Shown: positions 8,878 through 16,881 of the stretch, one piece after another
How the letters are laid out: the number at the start of each line of letters is the position of its first letter
How positions within the stretch are numbered: position 1 is the stretch's first letter
Source of the DNA: a virus
Taxonomy: Duplodnaviria > Caudoviricetes
Reading direction: 5' to 3' (one strand)
Virus record (IMG/VR): IMGVR_UViG_3300044630_000112
Location: 1-25,533 of that record
Length of the DNA: 25,533 nt
Notes under the pieces: model-generated
Seen by the model: the letters and a program-made list of their open reading frames with translations, nothing else
What the model was told of the DNA's origin: nothing
Databases searched by the model: none
Made by a program: the position numbers and the translations under genes

Positions 8878-9770
8878 TATCTGACCCTACGGTACTTGTT
8901 CACCATGTCTAGGGCTACTGCAATGTCATTGCCATAGCGTACAGAACCAGCAACATTTCCTGAAGGGCTAGTTGTGTAAGCCATAGTTGTTGAACTATCG
9001 CCACGCATTTTAATAAAAGCGCTTGTAATTAAAATACATGCTTGTTTAATGGCGTTAGGCAAATTGCTAAATGTTGCTCCTACTAAATGCGCATACAGCA
9101 TAGGAGATTGTAAAGTTACGGTAGTGCTTCCAAATGTGTAATTATCGCTTACGGTTACGCGCTCAGTGTTAGCGCCATCAAAAATACGGTACTGCTCGCC
9201 TGGCAAAATACCCGCGGCATCTTCAACCACAATTGAAGTTGCGCCTACTGCTGTGTTAGCCGTGTTAATTGTATTGGCATAACCTGCAATGTATGTGTAT
9301 TTTGTAAATGTCCAATTGCTTTGACCGATAGAGCCACCAAATTGCAATGGGCCTTGTGAAGTGTAATTCCACCCAATTTGATTGCCAGGGATAATAATTT
9401 GCTGGCCTTCAAACCAGGCTATTGAGCAATCTTGTAAAGCGTTTAATTGATTTGGGTTAGCCCCATAATTAAAAGCAGACAAAGAAATAACTGGTGCATT
9501 GTACGGGTGCAAAGCATAGTAACCGCCTGATGCTGAATAGCGTATGCGTTGCGTTTCCGTGTATTCAGTAGCCACAAGATTTTGATTAAGGTACTCATTC
9601 ATGTATGAAGAAGCGCGTAAAATAACAGTTTCCAATTCAGCATCTTGCGCCGCTTGATTGCCACCCGTTACAAGTGTGCTAAGGCTTAAAGCGGTTGGTG
9701 CTTGCTTGTATTCAGCAACACTTAAGTAACTGCTTTCACTGCTAATGTCAGAAGTAATACCAACTGCCAT
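8877..9770 (-). CDS. Head-tail adaptor (HK97 gp6/SPP1 gp15-like) with insertions
   Basis: 297 aa. YLSVAEYK start, ILRASSYMNEYLNQ, YTYIAGY, LPNAIKQACIL, ends KYRRVR. Confidence 0.8.
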   Translation of the reverse strand: MAVGITSDISSESSYLSVAEYKQAPTALSLSTLVTGGNQAAQDAELETVILRASSYMNEYLNQNLVATEYTETQRIRYSASGGYYALHPYNAPVISLSAFNYGANPNQLNALQDCSIAWFEGQQIIIPGNQIGWNYTSQGPLQFGGSIGQSNWTFTKYTYIAGYANTINTANTAVGATSIVVEDAAGILPGEQYRIFDGANTERVTVSDNYTFGSTTVTLQSPMLYAHLVGATFSNLPNAIKQACILITSAFIKMRGDSSTTMAYTTSPSGNVAGSVRYGNDIAVALDMVNKYRRVR

Positions 9771-9773
9771 TTT

Positions 9774-10049
9774 TTATTCTCCATCTCGCTCAGGAGCGCC
9801 GTTCTCATGCCCGCAACGCGAACATTTTCTGAACCAACTACCAAAGCCACATTCTACGCAAGTAAAGCCCCGCTCGCTGTCTTTACTGCTGTAAGGATTT
9901 AAAGCCGCCTCAAAAAAACCTTCTGCCTTCATTGCTCTAGCGTGAGCCGCGTTTTCAACAGTATAGATACCTTGACGGTCTGTGTAATAACTTTGCCCGC
10001 CTACAACAGTTTCTTTCACGCCTTTATCAGGTGCTACCCATCTTGCCAT
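9774..10049 (-). CDS. Small protein with C-terminal zinc ribbon
   Basis: 91 aa with CVECG-x7-CSRCG; strong RBS AGGAGG. Confidence 0.8.
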   Translation of the reverse strand: MARWVAPDKGVKETVVGGQSYYTDRQGIYTVENAAHARAMKAEGFFEAALNPYSSKDSERGFTCVECGFGSWFRKCSRCGHENGAPERDGE

Positions 10050-10074
10050 TTTTTGCCTCCTATTAAATTGGGAA

Positions 10075-10107
10075 AGGGGCGCGGCTGTTCAAATATGCCG
10101 CGCCCCT
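10075..10107 (-). terminator. GC-rich stem-loop after the capsid gene (weak terminator or mRNA stabiliser)
   Basis: Perfect 11-bp inverted repeat aggggcgcggc (10075-10085) / gccgcgcccct (10097-10107), 11-nt loop. Only an imperfect U-tract (UUCCCAAUUU) follows. Confidence 0.6.
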
Positions 10108-10121
10108 CCCGTCTTATTGAA

Positions 10122-10238
10122 TTACTTTTGTGTGATCATTTCAGCCGTAGTCATGTGTGAAGGTGTGCCATCAGGTAAAACCGTCTGACCACCACCATGA
10201 CTATTTGTAGGCTGATTACAACCACATTCTAAACACAT
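10122..10238 (-). CDS. 38-aa micro-protein with N-terminal MCxxCGC motif
   Basis: Below the ORF-track cutoff. ATG overlaps the capsid TGA (TGATG); MCLECGCNQPTNSHGGGQTVLPDGTPSHMTTAEMITQK-stop; fills the gap before the hairpin. Confidence 0.75.
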   Translation of the reverse strand: MCLECGCNQPTNSHGGGQTVLPDGTPSHMTTAEMITQK

Positions 10239-11920
10239 CAGGCAGAAACAATTCCTGAAACTGCACCGTTCCATGCTGGAGCAGTACAGAAGAATGTTCC
10301 ACGGAAGTATGTTGAGAAGTCATAGGTGAACTGAGTTACAGGCCACTGGATACCCATGTAGTCCTGAACTAGGAAGTTTGCCCAAACATCTGATACCTGA
10401 GTGTCAGGAATTGGTAGTGTCCATGAAAGAACTGGAGCAACACCTGAGTTTAGCCAAGGGTGAACCATAAGATCTACTGCCTTACCAGTAACTTCATTCT
10501 GAAGTCCTGTAACAATAGAACCGTATGTTGTGCCGCTTTCGCCTGGGTTGTTAATAACTAGGCGATAGTTAGCAGTTGAACCATTCTTGATTGCATCAGA
10601 TAGTTGTTTACGGTCATTACCATTCATTAGAACAATGTCTGGATCAGCCTTTACATTCTGGTACAAGTTAGCAAAAACAGTTTGGAATTCCACACCTGGG
10701 TTAGCAGTTGAGAAAGTGCTGTTGATTGCGTTGTTGAAGCCAGTGTTAGGGCCTAGCACTGTTGGAAGAATTCCGTCATAACCAGTTGCGTAAGCAGATG
10801 TATCTGCGGCGGCGCGTGTAACAAGCGCACCCGTAGTTGTGTAGGTAATTAGGTTTCCTGAATTAGGAGCAATTCCACCCTGAAGTGTTGCTGTTAAGCC
10901 CTGGAATGTTCCCTGGTATGTAGCAGTTGCTTGAGCGCCTGACTTAACATAAAGGTTGTAACCAAGTGCGCCAACAACAGGTGCAGTTAAAGTTACTACA
11001 ATAGTTTTATTACTTCCTGAAGTTGTTTCCGCGGCTTGCGCTGAAACAATTGACTCACCAAAGCCGTTTGCAGAAATACCAGCGTCAGCAGTAACAAAAA
11101 TAATGTACTGAGCATTAGGTAGTGCTGTTTGACCTGAAGTAGTCGCGGTAGCGGTTGCAGTAGCAATTGTTGGTGCAGCAAGTGCGCCTGAATATCCTGA
11201 TGCTGTTCCGCGAGCCATTAGCATCATGCGTTCTTCCATAAGCATTGTTGCGTATAGAGTTGAAGTTGATGATAGTTGGCGTAGATCTTGGTAACCCATA
11301 CCTGAGAAGTTTGCATCAAATGAAACCTGATCAGATAATGAGTAAGAGTTGTAAGGCAGAATTAAGTCATCTGCTGTGTATGAAATCTGTGGGCCACGGA
11401 TTAACTCAAGTGGAGTAGAACCGCCACCAGCAAAGTTATTCTGTGTGTTTTCAGAGATACCAGGCCAAATCTGTCCTTGTCCACCTGTACCTGTACCTGT
11501 GTAACCTAGAACGCGCTTTACGCGGTGTGAAGTACCAACGCCTTTTTTGCGTGGGATACGGTTACGAAGTGGTGTTGGGCGTGGTGTAAGCAACTTAGAA
11601 GGTGCTTCAAGGTCAAACGCTGCAAATGAAGATGACAATGGAGAAGTAAGAGTGATTTCTTTACCAATGTCCTGCATAGCCATGCGTTGTGCTGCAAGAG
11701 CAGTGTTAAGTCCTGCTGCTGCATCACCTGTAAGTGACTTGTTTGCAACCAATGCTTCTAGTGTTGCAAGTGGATCTGCTGTTGGTGCTTGTCCTGGTGT
11801 ATGTGAAGCGTTAGAAAGGCTCTTATTGAGTTCATTTGAGTATTCCTCAAAGCGTTCAGCGGCCTCTCTAGGAGTTGCGTCACTGAATAAATCAGCAACT
11901 TTTGGGGCGGTTAGCGCCAT
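10238..11920 (-). CDS. Major capsid protein (HK97 fold) with N-terminal propeptide and internal beta-sandwich insertion
   Basis: 560 aa after the protease. AAFDLEAPSKLL.P..TPLRNRIPR, EERMML, DPDIVLMN, VDLMVHPWL; RBS GAAAGG; followed by a hairpin. Confidence 0.9.
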   Translation of the reverse strand: MALTAPKVADLFSDATPREAAERFEEYSNELNKSLSNASHTPGQAPTADPLATLEALVANKSLTGDAAAGLNTALAAQRMAMQDIGKEITLTSPLSSSFAAFDLEAPSKLLTPRPTPLRNRIPRKKGVGTSHRVKRVLGYTGTGTGGQGQIWPGISENTQNNFAGGGSTPLELIRGPQISYTADDLILPYNSYSLSDQVSFDANFSGMGYQDLRQLSSTSTLYATMLMEERMMLMARGTASGYSGALAAPTIATATATATTSGQTALPNAQYIIFVTADAGISANGFGESIVSAQAAETTSGSNKTIVVTLTAPVVGALGYNLYVKSGAQATATYQGTFQGLTATLQGGIAPNSGNLITYTTTGALVTRAAADTSAYATGYDGILPTVLGPNTGFNNAINSTFSTANPGVEFQTVFANLYQNVKADPDIVLMNGNDRKQLSDAIKNGSTANYRLVINNPGESGTTYGSIVTGLQNEVTGKAVDLMVHPWLNSGVAPVLSWTLPIPDTQVSDVWANFLVQDYMGIQWPVTQFTYDFSTYFRGTFFCTAPAWNGAVSGIVSA

Positions 11921-11958
11921 TTGTATTTCCTTTCAGAGATTAGTTTGAGTTTGTTTAA

Positions 11959-13443
11959 TTACTTGTTAAGAGTTTCTTCATACTTGTCAATGAATTCTTG
12001 TGCAAGTTGTTTGTATCCCTTAGCAAGGGTTGGATCATTTGTTGCTTTTGCTTTTTCTTTGTAAACAGCGGCCTTAGTTAGTAAATCATTTGTTGCTTTC
12101 ACATCAATTGGGCTTACTGTTCGCTTTGGGCCACCACCTAGAGCCAAAGATTTTGCGGTTGCCAACTCAGTTTCCAAACTCATTGCTCTAACCTCAGCCG
12201 CCTCTTTTGCGGATACAAGGTTGGCAATCTCTGATTTGAGAGCCTTTGTTGCTTTTTCTACCACTTCTTCTACTATGGCTTCTAACTTATCTGCTGAATT
12301 TTCATCAGTAGAAACTTCTTTTTCTTCTTCATCAACGGGCGCTTCTTCAGTGGCAGGTGCTTCATCAGCATCAATGTCTGCTACTTCTAGGCCGCTTACT
12401 TCTGCTGATTTAGGTGTTTCAGCAGGAGATACAATTGTTGCTGTATCTAGGTTTGCACCTGTTTCCGCTGTTGGTGTCATGTCGGTAGCCGCATCAGATT
12501 TTTCCATGTATTTATTCCAACACTTCATTCCGTAATCATCAGTTTTTCCTGCTTCTTTGCAACGCTTCATAAAAGCATCTTTAGTTTCACCTTTAGCGGG
12601 CATCATTTCTTTTTCTTCTGAACCTGCTGAAAGTTCTACATCTGTTTCTTCCATTACTTCTCCCTCTGCTTCTTCGCCTTCATACCATGCGTGAAGGTGA
12701 GCAACTGCTTCTAGTAGGTGTGCAAGTGAAGAAAGTTCATTGTGACCTTCCTTCATTTCTTGCGCTTCAATTGAAATAAGGTTAGCCAACGCTTCACGCG
12801 CCGCTTCAAACTGAGCCTTATCAAATTTAACAAGATCGCCAACAATAGACTTAGGAACTGAAACTGTTGATGTGTCCATTGCATCACTTTCTTTCTCAGA
12901 GTTATTGTCAGATTGTATTGGATTATCATTTTCTGATACTTCTTTTTCATGTAATTCTTCAACTTGAACTAAGTCTTTTTCGCCATCAACTGACTTAGCC
13001 AAAACAAGTTGGCAGTTAGGGTTGGCGGGTCTGTCCACTAGAGAAACTTCTACAATCTGACCATCTACAATGCGACCATTGACCGCTTTGCTGTCGCGCA
13101 CAACCCGTGGGTTTTTGATACCAACAGAAAAACCTTTGAGTACGCCAGCATCAACTTTCTTGACGCTTACGGGATCTACAACTAGAACACCAATGTAATG
13201 ACCATCAGCCTTAGCCTCATACTCTTTTGCTACGCCCGCGGCAATGTTGCTGTGTTGTTCTCTAATGTTTCCACCTGATTTAAACCAGGCTGGCATGGCG
13301 CGCTTTAACCAATCACCATCACAAATCTGTTGATCAATGTCAATTGAGTCATCTGTTGCCTTACCGTAAACGGTCATTGTGCCGTCTGCGTTACGGTCAG
13401 CCTTTTCAATGCTGAAATATGATGTTGTTGTTAAAGTAGCCAT
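11959..13443 (-). CDS. Prohead maturation protease fused to an acidic scaffold
   Basis: 494 aa. VYG.AT...D.D, NIREQH, LKGFSVG (catalytic Ser), EVSLVDRPANP; C-terminal acidic and coiled-coil region. Confidence 0.92.
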   Translation of the reverse strand: MATLTTTSYFSIEKADRNADGTMTVYGKATDDSIDIDQQICDGDWLKRAMPAWFKSGGNIREQHSNIAAGVAKEYEAKADGHYIGVLVVDPVSVKKVDAGVLKGFSVGIKNPRVVRDSKAVNGRIVDGQIVEVSLVDRPANPNCQLVLAKSVDGEKDLVQVEELHEKEVSENDNPIQSDNNSEKESDAMDTSTVSVPKSIVGDLVKFDKAQFEAAREALANLISIEAQEMKEGHNELSSLAHLLEAVAHLHAWYEGEEAEGEVMEETDVELSAGSEEKEMMPAKGETKDAFMKRCKEAGKTDDYGMKCWNKYMEKSDAATDMTPTAETGANLDTATIVSPAETPKSAEVSGLEVADIDADEAPATEEAPVDEEEKEVSTDENSADKLEAIVEEVVEKATKALKSEIANLVSAKEAAEVRAMSLETELATAKSLALGGGPKRTVSPIDVKATNDLLTKAAVYKEKAKATNDPTLAKGYKQLAQEFIDKYEETLNK

Positions 13444-13456
13444 TAGTCCTCAATCC

Positions 13457-13482
13457 ATTGGAATACATAAAGCCTTACGCTA
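13457..13482 (-). promoter_or_regulatory. Putative promoter upstream of the protease-capsid operon
   Basis: Minus strand TAGCGT-AAGGCTT (TAnnnT -10 type) followed by ATGTATTCCAAT. Both blocks recur at 18782-18807. Confidence 0.5.
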
Positions 13483-13512
13483 ACTGTATCAATTTTTGCT
13501 TACACAAGTGTT

Positions 13513-14196
13513 TTAATCTACGGGGTCAAAGCCAAACTCATTAACACTGTCACCGTTAAACCATAAATTTTTGGCGGGTGTAACTTGACTTAGAATTTTG
13601 CCGCCATTTAATACATTACTTGCTAAATGTTCTTTAGCGTAAGTAGGTGAAAGTGTTACCCAATCGCCAGGGTTAATTTTGTCCACGCCTTCAGGTACGG
13701 CTCTGTAAATAGTTACAGGGGCGTTAGGTTTGCCTTGAATTGCCACAATTGCCGCCCTGCTTTCCTTATCTGATTGAGCATAACCTGAACCATACAATTT
13801 AGGATTTTTGTAAAAGCCTGGCATCATTTCTTCAACATCAGTTGCAGGAGATCCAAATTCATCTGATCTTGTAGGGGCTTGGTGACGCATGCGGTAATTA
13901 TCAGTTTCTTCAACTGGTTCACCTGCTCCTGCTTGTTGCGCTTCTGCTCCCGCTCCACCGCCAACGGCTTGTGGGCCGCGTGATCCAGTAGTAAAACGCC
14001 CTCTGTCATCATGGTTTGGGTTGCCTTTTTCAATGTCAGCGCCTTTAATTATTTCATCAATCTCTTTTTCTCTACGCGCCAATTCTGCTTTAGCGCCAGG
14101 TATGCCTTCTTCAGCACTTAACACAACTTCAATAATTGATGCTTGCGCCCAATTAACATCTACTGGCGGTTCACAACTTTCAGTTTTTTCAGACAT
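13513..14196 (-). CDS. Putative head-packaged protein with ADP-ribosyltransferase-like domain
   Basis: 227 aa. DIEKG-NPNHDDRGRF motif and Gly/Ala linker, then VTIYRAVP...INPGDWVTLSPTYA.EH...ILS....AK.LWF.GDSVNEFG, giving an R, T-x-S and terminal E layout of the ART fold. Confidence 0.6.
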   Translation of the reverse strand: MSEKTESCEPPVDVNWAQASIIEVVLSAEEGIPGAKAELARREKEIDEIIKGADIEKGNPNHDDRGRFTTGSRGPQAVGGGAGAEAQQAGAGEPVEETDNYRMRHQAPTRSDEFGSPATDVEEMMPGFYKNPKLYGSGYAQSDKESRAAIVAIQGKPNAPVTIYRAVPEGVDKINPGDWVTLSPTYAKEHLASNVLNGGKILSQVTPAKNLWFNGDSVNEFGFDPVD

Positions 14197-14419
14197 AAGT
14201 TACACCTTCCATCTTGCCATCTGTTTTAAGATGTTTAAGTTTTGCGGGCAAACCGTTTAACACCCAATTTTTGTATGGCTGTGGCACATCATCAATTGAT
14301 GATGCTTTGGTGTACCAGGCTCTAAATTCTGCAAGCGTGTTTAAATCTTCAGGCTTTTTGATGTCAAACTCATTGATAGCCGTTGCCCATTTAACGCTTA
14401 TTACATGGTCTGTAATCAT
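14189..14419 (-). CDS. Small hypothetical protein, candidate immunity partner of the MuF toxin
   Basis: 76 aa. Start overlaps the MuF stop (ATGA) and its end overlaps the next gene. The function is inferred from position only. Confidence 0.6.
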   Translation of the reverse strand: MITDHVISVKWATAINEFDIKKPEDLNTLAEFRAWYTKASSIDDVPQPYKNWVLNGLPAKLKHLKTDGKMEGVTYV

Positions 14420-16881
14420 TCTTTTACCACCACTGCCCCTCTGTTTAGAATTACATACATGGCATCTTTGCCATTGTCTGCTAAATCTGAATACCTAATT
14501 GCGTCATAACCATTAGCCGCGGCGTATGCACCAGGATCTTTAAATGTCCAACCTAAAGCGCGCAAGTCATCACGGAACGCAATTGCTTTTAAAGTGTCTG
14601 TTGGCATGCCTCCCATTGTTTCTACATAAGCATCTACAAATTGCCCCATTACTGGATCGCTGTAAGAACGCCCAAATGCTTTGTCATAGAAAGCGCTTGA
14701 TAATGCTTTTGCTCCCGTTTCGGCAACATCATGTTCTATAAATTTAGCCGTTGGGGATAGCACCATTTCCAAAACATTGCCTGGTTTATCCATTGCGTAT
14801 TTAAGAACAAATTCATAATTTACGCCTGAATACACTCCATTGCCAATTACGCCAGTACCAACAAACATGTCACCCGATTTAAACATTTCAATCATTTGCT
14901 CAGCGGTAAGCGTTTCATCACCAATTACGCCGCGGTACACTTTAACGCCGCCTTTTTGTGCCAACAAATCGAAATCTTTGGCGCTTACAATAATAGGTTT
15001 TGCCGTAAACCCTTGAGCCTCTAGCAAAGCCTTTAAGCGCGGATCTCCACCAACAGGGCGGTATGTTGTAATGTATTCATTAGTAGATCCTTGCCAAATT
15101 TTTGTAGGCGCGCTAGGAGGATCTTTAATTTTAGAAATTTCAACAATTTTGTTTTTATCCCATGCTTCAAGATCTTTAACTTTGGCAGGGTTTGAAGCAA
15201 AAGTAATAACCTTTATTGGTTTAACAATTACAGGAACTTTCCAACCAAATTCTTTAGCCATAGCCTGAACCAAAGCGTTAGGGGTTTTTCCTCCTGTTTG
15301 AATATACTCAGTAAACATTTCAGCATAAAATTCTTTAGTGTTTCTGCCTGAGTATTGACTTTTAAACGCGTCAGGAAATTGCGCTTTAAGTCTAGCAATA
15401 GCGTTTTGGCGTTGATAACTTTGCGATCCGTATGAAATGTCATCAATAAGATGACCCCATTCATGGGTAAGCGTGTATTCAAGTTGAGTTGTTTTAGGAG
15501 TAACAGGCATTTTGAACCCGCCTTTTTCTGTTGCTCCGTAAAGGGGATTTCTAACAGTTTCAGGAGTTACCCATAAATCTGATCTGCCGCCATAAGCCCA
15601 ACCGTATTTAGTTTTTGACTCTTTTTCAATGTGTATAACAGCCCGTTCTTTAGGGTTATTTATTTGTAATTTTTCTACTTCTTTAATAACTAAAGCGCGT
15701 TCCGCTTCTGTTGTTTTTAAACCCTGATAACTAAATTGAACTTCAATTTTGCCATTTTTGTAAATTACGCCTTTATCCAATAATGATTTATCTGCTCGCT
15801 TAATTATGTTGGGGCTAAGCAATGCTTCAGCCCTCATTCTGCTAAGCGGGGTACTGTAAGAGCGTATAAGGTTTTGTACAGCGGCTTCTCTTACAACATC
15901 ACGCGGAAGAATTTGCCATTCACCAGGCTTAAAGTCACGCGCATCTAATTGTTCATAGAAAGTTTGAGCGCTATTTGTAACTTTAGGTGCATGGAGTTCT
16001 GCCATAATCCGTTCTGCTTGTTGTTGAGCAGTTGGGAAAGCAGGTGCAGGTGGCGGTGGTGCAATAATTGTTGCGCCTGGCATCTCAGGTTCTTCCTCAT
16101 ATCCAGGAATTACAGGGAGCAACACGCAACGGCAATGTGGGTGAGCAGGGGGCTGAGCATCACCTGACGCAAAGGTTTGACCAATAACAATTACTTGCCC
16201 GTCATTTTTAGCGCATACATCACATGGATCAGATACCGCCCATTCCATCTTTTGTAGGCCAGCCTCTTTGTAATTTTGTATTGAGCCAAATGACATAGCG
16301 CGGTTTTGCTCAGTAATGGCAATTGTAAGAGCGCGGCTAGGACTTGCCACATGCCGCCCAATCATTACAGCGGCGCTTTCAGCATCTAGGCCAGCGGCGA
16401 TTGAGTCAGAAAGAGCAGTGCCTAAATTTATTACAGTTTCTTTATTAAACTTTTTGAAATAACTATCAGCGTTTACGCTTGTTAAATAATCAAGAAAACC
16501 TTTAGGCGGATTGAGCAAAAGAGCAGTGGCTTTATCTCCAGGCTTCCAGTTATCCCAATTGATTTCAATATCATCAGCCTTGTTTGCTTCACGGGTTTTG
16601 CGTATCCATTCACCAGCGGCGGCTTGCCCTAAAAGGTAAGCCTCAGCCCATGCGCGTGTAACGGTTTGACGCAACGGTTCATCATTAAGATAAATGTTAA
16701 GTATGAGCCATGAGCGAGCGCGTGTGCGGTCTTGTGCAGGATTGTCAGTTGGTTGCGGTTGAGTTTCCTGATACTTATCAAAAACTCTTTTAAAATCCGT
16801 TACCTGGTACAACGCCGCTCTAATCTTGACCGCGTTCTTTGCCGCTAAGCGCCCGTCTGCCTCAAGAGCGCCTTTGATCAT
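14416..16881 (-). CDS. Long MuF (SPP1 gp7-like) minor head protein fused to a zincin metallopeptidase and an ART-like domain
   Basis: 821 aa. MuF: RALTIAITE..RA, KMEW..SDPCDVC, PPAHPHCRC. Pro linker. THEWGH (15451-15465) plus EFYAE (15319-15333). C-terminal VYRG (14929-14940)...G.G..GNGVY...YA...GYDAI...YVILNR. Confidence 0.85.
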   Translation of the reverse strand: MIKGALEADGRLAAKNAVKIRAALYQVTDFKRVFDKYQETQPQPTDNPAQDRTRARSWLILNIYLNDEPLRQTVTRAWAEAYLLGQAAAGEWIRKTREANKADDIEINWDNWKPGDKATALLLNPPKGFLDYLTSVNADSYFKKFNKETVINLGTALSDSIAAGLDAESAAVMIGRHVASPSRALTIAITEQNRAMSFGSIQNYKEAGLQKMEWAVSDPCDVCAKNDGQVIVIGQTFASGDAQPPAHPHCRCVLLPVIPGYEEEPEMPGATIIAPPPPAPAFPTAQQQAERIMAELHAPKVTNSAQTFYEQLDARDFKPGEWQILPRDVVREAAVQNLIRSYSTPLSRMRAEALLSPNIIKRADKSLLDKGVIYKNGKIEVQFSYQGLKTTEAERALVIKEVEKLQINNPKERAVIHIEKESKTKYGWAYGGRSDLWVTPETVRNPLYGATEKGGFKMPVTPKTTQLEYTLTHEWGHLIDDISYGSQSYQRQNAIARLKAQFPDAFKSQYSGRNTKEFYAEMFTEYIQTGGKTPNALVQAMAKEFGWKVPVIVKPIKVITFASNPAKVKDLEAWDKNKIVEISKIKDPPSAPTKIWQGSTNEYITTYRPVGGDPRLKALLEAQGFTAKPIIVSAKDFDLLAQKGGVKVYRGVIGDETLTAEQMIEMFKSGDMFVGTGVIGNGVYSGVNYEFVLKYAMDKPGNVLEMVLSPTAKFIEHDVAETGAKALSSAFYDKAFGRSYSDPVMGQFVDAYVETMGGMPTDTLKAIAFRDDLRALGWTFKDPGAYAAANGYDAIRYSDLADNGKDAMYVILNRGAVVVKE

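Noticed and set aside
13406-13468. 20-codon leaderless ORF (MYSNGLRTNGYFNNNIIFQH) overlapping the protease start
   Set aside because: Very short, out of frame, and the protease has its own GAGGA RBS. Unsupported without ribosome profiling.
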